NCBI GenBank assembly: GCA_030065655.1
Contig: JASJDT010000021.1
Location: forward strand, 1-63,130
Source of the DNA: Desulfocapsaceae bacterium
GTDB lineage: Bacteria; Desulfobacterota; Desulfobulbia; Desulfobulbales; Desulfocapsaceae
Direction: 5' to 3'
DNA: 63,130 bases
Part shown: piece after piece, positions 49,432-60,030 of the stretch
Layout of the letters: every line of letters begins with the position of its first letter
Position numbering within the stretch: the first letter of the stretch is position 1
The notes under the pieces: model-generated
The model's input: only the letters and a program-made list of their open reading frames with translations
Databases searched by the model: none
What the model was told of the DNA's origin: nothing
Translations under genes and position numbers: made by a program

Positions 49432-51180
49432 TTGGAACCAACTGATACCAATAACCCGGAGTACTTTCATAGAGTCATAGACTGTCAATATGGCTGTCCC
49501 GCCCACACCCGAGTCCCCGAATATATCCGTCTTATAGCCAATAAACGATATGACGATGCCTACATGATCAATTGGGAATCAAATGTTTTCCCGGGCATTC
49601 TGGGCAGAGTCTGCGACCGTCCCTGTGAGCCGGTCTGCCGCAGGGGTAGAGTTGAAAAAAATGCTGTAGCAATCTGTCGCCTCAAACGGGTTTGTGCCGA
49701 TAACAAAGGCGATATCCGCGACCGGCTACCGAAAATCCCTGAAGAAAAAAATGGCCGCAAAATAGCCTTGATTGGTGGAGGGCCGGCATCACTAACGGTT
49801 GCCAGCGATCTCATGCCCTTAGGTTATGAAGTGGATCTCTTTGATGATCAGGAAGCGGCCGGCGGGTTCATTCGCAGTCAGGTACCCTCTTTTAGACTCC
49901 CACAGAAGGTTCTTGATGAAGAGGTCAACTACATCCTGGATATGGGAGTGAAGACCCACTTCAGTACCTACATCAGCAGCATGAAGGAATTCCTCGAAAA
50001 GGACTACGACGCCGTCTTCGTCGGCACCGGAGCTCCACGAGGCAAGGATTTGATGTTGCCTGGCAGGGAGGAAGGCGAGGCCTTTATTCATGTCGGTATC
50101 AACTGGCTGGCCAGCGTGCAATACCGACACGTCGAAAAGATTGCGAAAAAAACGCTGGTTATTGGCGGCGGTAATACCGCCATGGACTGTTGTCGTACTG
50201 CCAAGCGCTTGGGTGGTAATGACGTCGCCGTGATCATCCGGGGTTCTCAGGAGAAAATGAAGGCATCACCCTGGGAAATCGAGGACACCCTTCATGAAGA
50301 TATCCCCATACTGGAATATCTTTCTCCCCTTGAGTATGTCATTGAGGATGGCAAACTCACAGGCATGCTTTTCGAACATGCCAAAGGCAGTCCCAAAGAA
50401 GGCGAAGAGCCTGTGTTAATTCCCTGTAACGAAGTACTGCTGGCCATCGGCCAGGACAATGCGTTTCCTTGGATAGAACAAGACATCGGCATAACTTTTG
50501 ATGACAAGGGACGTCCTGATATCAACGCGAAGACTTTTCAGTCCACCTTGGAAAAAGTATTCTTCGGTGGTGATGCAGCCTTCGGTGCCCAAAACATCAT
50601 TACGGCAGTGGCTCACGGCCATGAAGCGGCGCTTTCCATCCATCTTTTCCTCGAAGGCAAAGATGTAAATCAGCGCCCTATTCCGGCCAGTGATCTTGCC
50701 GGGCAGAAATTAGGTTACCACGACTGGATCTATCACAGTGAGGTTCATGAGGAGCAGCGCCATGAAGTGCCGATGCAGCCCAAGGTCAAATCCATCAAGG
50801 ATCGGCTTTTGGAAGTTGAACTTGGTTTTGATAAACAGGTTGGCCTGAAAGAGGCGTTGCGTTGCATTAACTGTGATATTCAAACAGTTTTTTATCGAGA
50901 CAAATGTATAGAATGCGATGCCTGTGTCGATATTTGTCCGACAACCTGTATTAACTTTCTCGCCAATGGAGATGAAGAAGATCTCCGCTCCCGACTGGCC
51001 ATTCCCGCCAACGTCCTCTGGGAACCCCTCTACGTCTCCGATCTTCTGCCAACAGGCAGAGTCATGGTAAAGGATGAAAACGTCTGCCTGCACTGCGGAC
51101 TGTGTGCAGAAAGATGCCCGACCGCTGCCTGGGAAATGGAAAAATATACGTATAAAATTGCTAAAGCAGGCCAAAAATGA
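49432..51180 (+). CDS. FAD/NAD(P)-dependent Fe-S oxidoreductase (GltD-like + ferredoxin; KorC-like)
   Basis: CQYGCPAH, GRVCDRPCEPVC, GGGPAS, GGGNTAMD and two C-terminal CxxCxxCxxxCP. TTG start with a GGAG RBS. Confidence 0.88.
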   Translation: MEPTDTNNPEYFHRVIDCQYGCPAHTRVPEYIRLIANKRYDDAYMINWESNVFPGILGRVCDRPCEPVCRRGRVEKNAVAICRLKRVCADNKGDIRDRLPKIPEEKNGRKIALIGGGPASLTVASDLMPLGYEVDLFDDQEAAGGFIRSQVPSFRLPQKVLDEEVNYILDMGVKTHFSTYISSMKEFLEKDYDAVFVGTGAPRGKDLMLPGREEGEAFIHVGINWLASVQYRHVEKIAKKTLVIGGGNTAMDCCRTAKRLGGNDVAVIIRGSQEKMKASPWEIEDTLHEDIPILEYLSPLEYVIEDGKLTGMLFEHAKGSPKEGEEPVLIPCNEVLLAIGQDNAFPWIEQDIGITFDDKGRPDINAKTFQSTLEKVFFGGDAAFGAQNIITAVAHGHEAALSIHLFLEGKDVNQRPIPASDLAGQKLGYHDWIYHSEVHEEQRHEVPMQPKVKSIKDRLLEVELGFDKQVGLKEALRCINCDIQTVFYRDKCIECDACVDICPTTCINFLANGDEEDLRSRLAIPANVLWEPLYVSDLLPTGRVMVKDENVCLHCGLCAERCPTAAWEMEKYTYKIAKAGQK

Positions 51181-53024
51181 CCAAACTGGAAGCAACAAAC
51201 GACTTTGTAATTCGCTTTGCCAATGTGAACGGATCCGGCTCAGCCAGTGCAAACAACCTCTTCGCCAAGGCGATCTTTCGGATGGGCATCCCGGTGAGCC
51301 CGAAAAATATCTTTCCATCAAACATTCAGGGACTGCCAACTTGGTATGAGGTGCGAGTTAGTGGAGATGGTTATCTCGGTCGCCGTGGCGGCTATGACTT
51401 CATCGTCGCCGTGAATGGCCAGACGATGCGGAAAGACTACGACGATTTGCTCCCTGGAGGATATTTCCTCTACGATTCCACTCGGCCATTACCTGAAAAC
51501 TACGACAGAAAAGATGTGACCCTCATTGATATCCCTCTCACGGAGATATGCAATAGAGAGATAAGCAATCCGAAACTACGCCTTTTACTTAAGAATATCG
51601 TTTATGTTGGTGCGCTTGCCTATCTTCTAGACATTGAATTTTCTGTTCTAACCGACTCGCTGAAAAAGCAATTCGCTAAAAAGCCGAAACTAGCAGAACC
51701 TAATATCCATGCCTTGGAGCTAGGCTTTAACTATGCCAGGGAAAACCATACGGAAAGCTGTTGTTTGAAAGTGAAGCGCAGCAAGAAACTCTCTGACCAT
51801 ATAATAATGGATGGCAACAGCGCCACCGGATTGGGAGCGATCTATGGTGGGGCAACCGTTGCCGGCTGGTATCCGATAACTCCGTCCACTTCGGTCGTTG
51901 AGGCCTTTAGTAAGTTTGCCAATAAATATCGCCAGGATGACAAAGGCAGGGTCAAAGCCGCCGTCATTCAGGCAGAAGACGAACTTGCCGCCCTCGGTAT
52001 TGCCATGGGTGCATGTTGGAATGGCGCCCGTGGGTTCACAGCAACTTCTGGCCCCGGTATATCGCTGATGAATGAGTTTCTTGGTCTGGCCTACTTTGCC
52101 GAAATTCCGGTGGTTCTCATCGATGTTCAAAGAACGGGTCCGAGTACCGGCATGCCCACGAGAACGCAACAGTCGGACCTGTTCATCTCCGCCTACGCCT
52201 CCCATGGTGACACCAAACATATTCTTTTATTCCCGCATGATCCGGAAGAATGCTTCACCATGACTGCTAACAGCTTCGATCTTGCTGACCAACTGCAGAC
52301 ACCAATAATTATCATGAGTGATCTGGATCTCGGCATGAACGATCATGTCTGTTCGCCACCCCAATGGGACGATAATCTCCAATACAATCGTGGGAAAGTA
52401 TTAAACGAAAAACAACTTGAAGAAATTAAGGGAAATTGGGGACGCTATCACGACATTGACGGCGACGGCATATGCTACCGAACCATCCCTGGGACTCATC
52501 CGGAGTACGGTTCCTATTTCACCAGGGGTTCCTCGCATGACCAAAAAGCCGCCTATACGGAAGACAGCGACAAGTATGTAGAAAGCATGGTTCGTCTCGA
52601 GAAAAAATGGCTGACTGCCAAGAAGTACGTACCGGCCCCGGTCGTTCAGATACACGATAAAAAATCACCCTGGGGTATAATCTTCTTTGGAACAAGCACC
52701 TACTCTGCCCATGAGGCCATGGATCGACTGACTGAGAAGAATATCAGGGTTAATTCCTTGCGATTGCGGGCTCTGCCGTTTCACGACGAGGTAGGAGAAT
52801 TCATCGATAAACATGAAACTGTCTTTGTTATAGAGCAAAACCGTGACGGCCAGATGCGTAAAATTCTTATCAATGAAGGTGATTTCGACCCGCATAAGCT
52901 GATTTCCGTGCTTAACTATGATGGACTCCCCATCACCGCCGGCCAAATCTGCAAGCAGATAGAAGAAGCCCTCGAGGCCATGTCGCCGCCAGCTAAAAAA
53001 GCAGTTCAGGGAGGTACAAAATGA
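51177..53024 (+). CDS. korA: 2-oxoacid:acceptor oxidoreductase alpha subunit
   Basis: NGSGSASAN, YPITPS, QAEDE, ATSGPG, QRTGPSTGMPT. ATGA overlap with the upstream gene. Confidence 0.92.
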   Translation: MTKLEATNDFVIRFANVNGSGSASANNLFAKAIFRMGIPVSPKNIFPSNIQGLPTWYEVRVSGDGYLGRRGGYDFIVAVNGQTMRKDYDDLLPGGYFLYDSTRPLPENYDRKDVTLIDIPLTEICNREISNPKLRLLLKNIVYVGALAYLLDIEFSVLTDSLKKQFAKKPKLAEPNIHALELGFNYARENHTESCCLKVKRSKKLSDHIIMDGNSATGLGAIYGGATVAGWYPITPSTSVVEAFSKFANKYRQDDKGRVKAAVIQAEDELAALGIAMGACWNGARGFTATSGPGISLMNEFLGLAYFAEIPVVLIDVQRTGPSTGMPTRTQQSDLFISAYASHGDTKHILLFPHDPEECFTMTANSFDLADQLQTPIIIMSDLDLGMNDHVCSPPQWDDNLQYNRGKVLNEKQLEEIKGNWGRYHDIDGDGICYRTIPGTHPEYGSYFTRGSSHDQKAAYTEDSDKYVESMVRLEKKWLTAKKYVPAPVVQIHDKKSPWGIIFFGTSTYSAHEAMDRLTEKNIRVNSLRLRALPFHDEVGEFIDKHETVFVIEQNRDGQMRKILINEGDFDPHKLISVLNYDGLPITAGQICKQIEEALEAMSPPAKKAVQGGTK

Positions 53025-54073
53025 CCTATCGTCGCCCAACTTTTCGTCATCCCAACCTCCCTAAAAACGATCTCGGTTATACCAAGAGAGACTACGAGGG
53101 TGGAATATCAACCCTTTGTGCCGGTTGCGGACATGACTCAATTTCCAACGCTATCATTCAGGCCTGTTATGAAATGGCCCTGGAGCCGCATAAAGTTGCC
53201 AAGATGTCAGGAATTGGCTGCTCTTCCAAAACGCCAGCCTATTTTCTCGGTAAATCGCACGGTTTCAACTCCGTCCACGGTCGAATGCCTTCGATTGCCA
53301 CCGGAGCCAATCTCGCGAATAGGGATCTAACCTATATCGGCGTTTCCGGTGACGGAGATACCGCCTCCATCGGCATGGGCCAGTTCGCCCATGTAATCAG
53401 ACGCAATATCGATATGACCTATATCGTCATGAACAACGGTTGCTACGGCCTCACAAAGGGACAGGACTCGGCCACAGCCGACCGTGGCTCGAAAAGCAAG
53501 AAGGGTGCGCCTAACCCGTTTGAGTCTATCGATCTTTGTGAGCTGGCCATCCAGCTTGGTGCGGGGTTTGTGGCACGCAGCTTCTCCGGCGACAAGCAGC
53601 AACTGGTGCCATTACTCAAAGCAGCCCTGGCCCATAAAGGCTTCTCTCTTATCGACGTCATTTCTCCCTGTGTTACCTTCAATAACCCCGATACCTCAAC
53701 AAAGAGTTACCAATATGTGCGGGATCACAGTGAAGCAACGGCAACTTTCGATTTCATCCCATTGCGAATGGAGATAACCACCACCTATGATAAAGGTACC
53801 ACTACGCCGATCACCATGCATGACGGCAGCATTATCAACCTCTACAAAAGCGATGATTCCGTAGATGTCACTTCACGACGGGCAGCCATCGATGCACTCG
53901 AAGAACATCGGGAGCAGAATCAAATTCTTACAGGCATCCTTTATATCAGTGAGGAAATGCGCGACACCCACGAGATCCTGCAAACCTGCGACACTCCGCT
54001 CAACACTCTGACTGAAGAAGATTTGTGTCCAGGCTCTACAACCCTGGCAGCAATAGTTGATCAATACAGATAG
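53021..54073 (+). CDS. korB: 2-oxoacid:acceptor oxidoreductase beta subunit (TPP-binding)
   Basis: LCAGCG, SGIGCS, GDGD, NNGCYGLTKGQ, SPCVTFN. Confidence 0.93.
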   Translation: MTYRRPTFRHPNLPKNDLGYTKRDYEGGISTLCAGCGHDSISNAIIQACYEMALEPHKVAKMSGIGCSSKTPAYFLGKSHGFNSVHGRMPSIATGANLANRDLTYIGVSGDGDTASIGMGQFAHVIRRNIDMTYIVMNNGCYGLTKGQDSATADRGSKSKKGAPNPFESIDLCELAIQLGAGFVARSFSGDKQQLVPLLKAALAHKGFSLIDVISPCVTFNNPDTSTKSYQYVRDHSEATATFDFIPLRMEITTTYDKGTTTPITMHDGSIINLYKSDDSVDVTSRRAAIDALEEHREQNQILTGILYISEEMRDTHEILQTCDTPLNTLTEEDLCPGSTTLAAIVDQYR

Positions 54074-54078
54074 GTTGG

Positions 54079-54112
54079 CTGGGGCGCGAGTAAGATTCTT
54101 CCTGCGCCCCAG
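54079..54112 (+). terminator. GC-rich hairpin after korB
   Basis: ctggggcgc...gcgccccag stem without a strong U tail. Confidence 0.4.
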
Positions 54113-54198
54113 TGGTCTGGACAGCGTTTGATTTTCTACAATTGGAGTTTTCAGACTGGCACGCTGAAAACATCCACGTTTTTGGGGAGGTAAACAAG

Positions 54199-55260
54199 AT
54201 GAAAAAGTTGATCACCCTGCTGCTCATTGTCATCTTTATGGCAACACCGGCAATGGCGGAGAAGAAAATACGCTGGAAACTTGCCATGACTTGGCCAAGC
54301 GGCCTCACCCCTCTTACCTCTCCACCAGCGAAACTCGCCAAAATGGTAGATGATATGACTAATGGAAATTTCATTATCGTCGTTGATGGTGAGGAGAGCC
54401 ACAAGTCAGCTCTGGGCATCCTCGACATGGTCGAAGAAGGTGTTTATGAAATGGGTCATAGTGCCTCCTATTACTGGAAAGGAAAAGACGTTACCACGAC
54501 CATTTTCACCACCGTACCCTTTGGCATGACTGCAGCAGAGCAAAACTCCTGGTTGTACTACGGCGGCGGCATGGAACTCATGCAGGAATGTTATAATCAA
54601 TTCAACGTTTATGCATTCCCTGGTGGAAATACCGGAGTTCAGATGGGTGGTTGGTTTAGAAAAGAAATAACCTCGCTGAAAGATCTACAGGGGCTAAAGA
54701 TGCGGATTCCTGGTCTCGCCGGTGAAGTCTTTGCCAGGCTGGGTGTTAGCATCGCCAACATTCCAGCAGGCGAACTCTACACTCTACTTGACCGGGGCAC
54801 CATTGATGCTCTTGAATGGGTCGGTCCCGGCATGGATATCCGTATGGGCTTTCACAAGGTGGCACCATATTATTATACAGGCTGGCATGAACCGGCTTCA
54901 GATTTACAATTTCTCATCAACAAGCAGCAGTACGATAATCTCCCTAAAGAGTATCAGGCCATCCTCAAGGCTGCGATGAAGGCGGTGAGTGCTGACATGT
55001 ATGCCGAAAATTTTTATGACAGCGCCGAAGCCTGGGCCAAAATGAAAAAAGATTATCCCGGCATCCAGGTGAAATCATTTCCAGAAGAAGTATTGAAAAG
55101 AATGAAGGAAGAAACGGAAAAGGTACTGGATGGCTATGCTGACCAGAATCCTTTCTTTAAAAGAGTGCTAACCTCCCAGCAAGAATTCATGAATAAAGCA
55201 AGGGAGTGGACCACGATTTCTGATTATTACTACATAGAGACTTCTGCCGCCATTCAATAG
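54199..55260 (+). CDS. dctP: TRAP transporter substrate-binding protein (DctP/TakP-like)
   Basis: Signal peptide, SYYWKGK, GNTGVQMGGWF, GLKMRIPG, DALEWVGP, GWHEP. ATG 54199 has a GGAGG RBS. Confidence 0.9.
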   Translation: MKKLITLLLIVIFMATPAMAEKKIRWKLAMTWPSGLTPLTSPPAKLAKMVDDMTNGNFIIVVDGEESHKSALGILDMVEEGVYEMGHSASYYWKGKDVTTTIFTTVPFGMTAAEQNSWLYYGGGMELMQECYNQFNVYAFPGGNTGVQMGGWFRKEITSLKDLQGLKMRIPGLAGEVFARLGVSIANIPAGELYTLLDRGTIDALEWVGPGMDIRMGFHKVAPYYYTGWHEPASDLQFLINKQQYDNLPKEYQAILKAAMKAVSADMYAENFYDSAEAWAKMKKDYPGIQVKSFPEEVLKRMKEETEKVLDGYADQNPFFKRVLTSQQEFMNKAREWTTISDYYYIETSAAIQ

Positions 55261-55483
55261 CTGGCTGGGCTTTATCGTATCAGACGTGAGTATGGATAGC
55301 TGTTCTATGCCAGCTCTTCAACCCCGTGTCGGGTTATTCTTTGCCATTCTGTAACTAGCTGTGATATATTCAGCAAAACCCAGTAATACGATCTAGAATT
55401 ATCACCGGTAGACACCTGGATTTAGAGATATCTCTAAAATAAGACCCATTGCCGGTAAAATATTTTGTCAGAAAACGAAGGAT

Positions 55484-56842
55484 ATGCCTATATTCGCACG
55501 CACTGAGCTGCAGGAAAAACTTGATAACATAGTGGCCGGTTCCGGCCAAAAAGTTTTCCTTTTCTTTGGGGAGAGATATCTCTGCCAGAAAGCGGCAGAC
55601 CAACTACAGGAAGCCTTTTTGCAAAAACATGAAGGCTGCATATGCAGCATTGATGGAGACCGTGAAGATGGCTCGCAAACCCTAGCGAAAATAATGAGTT
55701 ACAGTTTGTTGCCGGGATTGCAGATCTTCAGGATCAATGACACCCGGTTGTTTCATTCAAAAAACATATCCCAATCTATCTGGAAAAGGGCACGACAGGC
55801 CTATGAAGCAAATCGGTCTGAGCAGGCGGCAAAATATATTGGAGATCTTTATGGTCTCGCCGGTCTTACCGATGAGAATCGTGAACCGCTGGACCAGCTC
55901 AGTGAAGAACAGTGGCAGAAGCTATTTGGTCTGGCAAAGCCCGCCGACCTAAAATGGACCAATGCCTTAGCTGACCTCCTGGCCAGTCAGGAAAGCTTAG
56001 GTGGCGGGCCAATGGATCTGGCGGAACAATATATTAAGAGTCTGGAAAAAGGTTTACCAGCCAACAATATTTTAATTCTCTGCGCTGAAAACATCGATAA
56101 GCGCAAACGTCTATTCACCTACATTAAAAATAACGGTTTTATTGTCGATTGTTCGGTTGTCGAAGGCGCCGGAGCGGCAGCTCAACGTGCCCAGAAATCT
56201 GTTCTGCAGGAGGTCATGCAAAAAACGCTCAAAGAATTCGATAAAACAATTGAGCCGGGTGCCGTGGATATCTTTTTTGAAAGGGTCGGTTTCCATCCGG
56301 TGGCCGTGGTCACAGAAACTACAAAACTGGCACTTTATTGCCATGATCGACCACAAATCACTCTCAAAGATCTCAATGAAATGGTGGGCAGAAGCAGAGA
56401 GGATGCTCTTTTCGAATTGACCGACTTTTTTGGTAAAAATCAGCTTGCTAACACCCTTAAGACCCTTGCACATCTACTTGAAAACGGGGTACATGCTCTG
56501 GCGATAGTGGCAACAATGCGCAACTATGTCCGTAAACTTCTCATCTTTAAATCGCTGCAACAACAGCCTTCCCCGAGCTATCAGAAAAACATGAACGCCA
56601 AGTACTTTCAGGATAGTTATCTTCCCCAGCTCAGGGAAAAATCAGAATGGCAGGAAATGCTCAAAGGACATCCCTATGCCTTATTCATGAGTTTTAGTAA
56701 AGCAGCAGAATTTCGTACCGATACATTAAAGAAATGGCTGGCCGCACTTCTCGAAGCTGAATTCAGACTGAAAGGTTCCGGAATCGCCGACAATATCATT
56801 CTAGAAGAGCTCTTTATGGCAATGTTGCAAGACAATGCCTAA
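55484..56842 (+). CDS. holA: DNA polymerase III delta subunit (long form)
   Basis: FLFFGERYL, DKRKRLF, KLALY, ALFELTD, HPY, E.RLKGS. Confidence 0.75.
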   Translation: MPIFARTELQEKLDNIVAGSGQKVFLFFGERYLCQKAADQLQEAFLQKHEGCICSIDGDREDGSQTLAKIMSYSLLPGLQIFRINDTRLFHSKNISQSIWKRARQAYEANRSEQAAKYIGDLYGLAGLTDENREPLDQLSEEQWQKLFGLAKPADLKWTNALADLLASQESLGGGPMDLAEQYIKSLEKGLPANNILILCAENIDKRKRLFTYIKNNGFIVDCSVVEGAGAAAQRAQKSVLQEVMQKTLKEFDKTIEPGAVDIFFERVGFHPVAVVTETTKLALYCHDRPQITLKDLNEMVGRSREDALFELTDFFGKNQLANTLKTLAHLLENGVHALAIVATMRNYVRKLLIFKSLQQQPSPSYQKNMNAKYFQDSYLPQLREKSEWQEMLKGHPYALFMSFSKAAEFRTDTLKKWLAALLEAEFRLKGSGIADNIILEELFMAMLQDNA

Positions 56843-57069
56843 CAGTAAATGATCGGTAAAATTATTTAACGAAAGTTACCTGTTCCTCACCAAAAACATC
56901 TGGTTGAATTGTCATTGATCATGCTAAAATAAATATGGAAAGAGAGAGTTGAAATCCTCAAAAACAACCTCGTAACCAACATTATTTGCACATTGAAAAA
57001 GAATTATTCGTAACTATTTTACCTCTAAAGAAGCAGAAAGAGGCGATACTATCAATATTTATTTAACCT

Positions 57070-57378
57070 ATGAGCGATACCGGCAGGAAAGGGTCAGTTT
57101 CAACCCAGGAGAAAATTGAAACCAGGGAACCGCCTCTTTACAAAGTGCTTCTTCATAACGATGATTACACAACCATGGAATTTGTTGTGGCAGTATTGGA
57201 GAATGTATTTAAAAAAACGAACGCCGAGGCAACAAGAATAATGCTCAGCGTTCATCATGAGGGAGTTGGGGTTGCTGGAGTCTATACCAAGGAAATCAGT
57301 GAAACCAAAGTATCAATCGTTCATGAGCTGGCAAAACAGAATAATTTTCCGCTACGATGCTCCATGGAGAGTGTCTGA
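57070..57378 (+). CDS. clpS: Clp protease adaptor ClpS
   Basis: YKVLLHNDDYTTMEFV, ML.VH.EG, FPL.C.ME. Confidence 0.97.
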   Translation: MSDTGRKGSVSTQEKIETREPPLYKVLLHNDDYTTMEFVVAVLENVFKKTNAEATRIMLSVHHEGVGVAGVYTKEISETKVSIVHELAKQNNFPLRCSMESV

Positions 57379-57406
57379 GCTAAAATCTAGAGAAAGACAA
57401 TAGACA

Positions 57407-59674
57407 ATGCTGAGTAAAACATTGGAAATGGCCCTTATTCGGGCGATACGAGAAGCGAAAAGTCATAACCATGAGTATGTGACGGTTGAACACATGCTCT
57501 ATGGTTTGCTGCATGACGACTTGACCAACTATATCATCTCTGAATGTGGCGGCTCCATTGATAACCTCAAACAAAAGCTGGAAGAATTCTTCGATGCAGG
57601 AATCCCCCAGCTCTCGCCGAAAGCGGAGAGCGAGCCCGCTCAGACGCTGGCCTTCAACCGGGTGCTGCAACGAGCTGTGGCTCATGTGCAAAGTTGCGGC
57701 AAGATGGAGGTTGACAGTGGCGACGTTCTTGTTTCCATCTTTTCCGAATCGGAATCTCATGCCGTTCATTTCCTCGGTACGGAAGGTATTGGACGTATGG
57801 CTGTAGTCAATTTTGTCTCCCATGAGCTTCCGGAAAACCTGCAGAAGGAACCTTTTCCCAAGCCTCAGGAGAGCAGTCCAAAGAAAAAGGAATCCAGCAC
57901 CGAAGATAAAGCACTTGAAGAATTCACCGTCAATCTTACGGCTCAGGCCGCTGAAGCGAAGCTTGACCCGCTCATCGGCAGAGAGATGGAGATCGACAGG
58001 ATCATGCAAGTGCTCTGCCGCCGCAAAAAAAATAATCCTTTGCTGGTAGGCGAACCAGGCGTTGGCAAAACTGCTATGGCTGAAGGGCTGGCCCTGTCAA
58101 TTCATGCCGATGCCCTAGCCCGACTTAATGATGAGCAAACAAATGTTCCGGATCTGCTCCGCGATGTGGAAATCTATCTACTCGACATGGGCGCACTCGT
58201 TGCCGGTACCAAATATCGAGGCGACTTTGAAAAACGGCTAAAAGGTGTTATTGGGGCAATTGAGAAAAAGGACAATGCTATACTCTTCATCGATGAGATT
58301 CACACCGTCGTTGGTGCTGGAGCGACAAGCGGTGGCTCGATGGATGCTTCAAACCTGCTCAAACCAGCTCTGCAGGCAGGAGTACTCCGCTGCATTGGTT
58401 CAACCACTTATGAGGAATACAAGAATCAGATAGAAAAAGATCGAGCTCTTTCCCGCAGGTTTCAGAAAATCGATATCGAGGAGCCCAGCGTTAAAGACAC
58501 TCAAGCCATCCTGCATGGCTTAAAAGGTCGTTACGAGGAACATCATAAAGTTAGGTATTCCAGAAACTCAATTGATTCCATTGCCGAGCTTTCGGACCGT
58601 TATATCAATGAACGCTTCCTTCCCGACAAAGCAATCGATGTCATGGATGAAGTCGGCTCATTGTTCAGAATGAAAGGCAAACTTAACAAGACCGTTAAGA
58701 TTACCGATGTGGAAACCGTTGTTTCCCGCATGGCGCGTGTTCCTGCAAAACATAGTACCCGCAGTGAAAACCAATCCCTGCAGCAACTAGGTGAACGACT
58801 GAGAAGCGTCATTTTTGGTCAGGACGCAGCTATCGACGCGGTTGTACAGGCGGTGAAGCGATCACGAGCGGGTCTGGGCAATCCCGATTCGCCCACCGGC
58901 AGTTTTCTCTTCGCCGGTCCAACCGGAGTAGGTAAAACAGAAGTGGCCAGGCAGCTCGCCGATAAGCTGGGAGTGCACTTCGAGCGGTTTGACATGAGTG
59001 AATACATGGAGAAACATGCTGTCGCCAGGCTCATTGGTGCTCCCCCAGGTTATGTCGGATTTGATCAGGGTGGACTGCTGACTGAAGCGATCAGGAAACA
59101 TCCATATTCGGTTCTGCTTCTCGACGAAATAGAGAAAGCCCACGGCGATATCTACTCTATTTTGCTTCAGGTGATGGATCACTCAACCCTGACGGACAAT
59201 ACCGGAAGAAAAGCCGATTTTAGAAATGTCATCATAATCATGACCACCAATGCTGGGGCACGAGAGATGAGCAGCGCTTCTATCGGTTTTGTCACCTCCG
59301 GCAACACGGGTAAGGACAAAACCGCGGTGAATAAGATTTTCTCACCGGAATTCAGAAATCGCCTGGATGGTATCATTTCCTTCGCCTCTCTCGAAACCAA
59401 CACTATGGAGAAGGTGGTTGATAAACTCATAGGTGAACTCAGAAATCAACTCGCCGACAAAAGAGTGAGTATCGTCTTGAGCGACAATGCCAGAAACTGG
59501 TTAGCTCGGAAAGGGTATGATCCCGCCTACGGCGCTCGTCCTCTAAGAAGATTGATTATGAAGGAAATAGGCGACGTACTAACAGAAGAAATACTTTTCG
59601 GCGAACTTACCCAGGGCGGACAGGCATCCGTTGATGTCAGTGACGACAAACTTTCCTTTGCCTACGAGAAATAG
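57407..59674 (+). CDS. clpA: ATP-dependent Clp protease ATP-binding subunit ClpA
   Basis: Two AAA modules ([16 protein letters not shown]), no ClpB middle domain, IGF loop and position after clpS. Confidence 0.96.
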   Translation: MLSKTLEMALIRAIREAKSHNHEYVTVEHMLYGLLHDDLTNYIISECGGSIDNLKQKLEEFFDAGIPQLSPKAESEPAQTLAFNRVLQRAVAHVQSCGKMEVDSGDVLVSIFSESESHAVHFLGTEGIGRMAVVNFVSHELPENLQKEPFPKPQESSPKKKESSTEDKALEEFTVNLTAQAAEAKLDPLIGREMEIDRIMQVLCRRKKNNPLLVGEPGVGKTAMAEGLALSIHADALARLNDEQTNVPDLLRDVEIYLLDMGALVAGTKYRGDFEKRLKGVIGAIEKKDNAILFIDEIHTVVGAGATSGGSMDASNLLKPALQAGVLRCIGSTTYEEYKNQIEKDRALSRRFQKIDIEEPSVKDTQAILHGLKGRYEEHHKVRYSRNSIDSIAELSDRYINERFLPDKAIDVMDEVGSLFRMKGKLNKTVKITDVETVVSRMARVPAKHSTRSENQSLQQLGERLRSVIFGQDAAIDAVVQAVKRSRAGLGNPDSPTGSFLFAGPTGVGKTEVARQLADKLGVHFERFDMSEYMEKHAVARLIGAPPGYVGFDQGGLLTEAIRKHPYSVLLLDEIEKAHGDIYSILLQVMDHSTLTDNTGRKADFRNVIIIMTTNAGAREMSSASIGFVTSGNTGKDKTAVNKIFSPEFRNRLDGIISFASLETNTMEKVVDKLIGELRNQLADKRVSIVLSDNARNWLARKGYDPAYGARPLRRLIMKEIGDVLTEEILFGELTQGGQASVDVSDDKLSFAYEK

Positions 59675-60030
59675 CATACACCTGTCGGCATCTCGCCGGC
59701 AGGCTTGCTCCTAGCAGTTCTTTTTTTCCCACCTCGCTTTACAAAGAACAGACGACTAATCAGAAAACTCTGCGCTATTGACTATCCCAAAACCATCTTA
59801 ACTCTTACCCATTTTTTAAGACCGAAAGCCAACATTTATCACTCGTTTCTGATTTATTTTGGATCTTCGCTTACAAAGCTTTTGAATTTTTTACGATAAT
59901 GTCGATAATAGATTGTTGAAAGATTGTTTCATTGATTTATTTGCGCTAGTATATTTACTCAGGGGAGATAATTAGCGTGGTGAGAACTCAATAAATTTGC
60001 GGGATATACTTTTGATATCTCCTTAATCAT

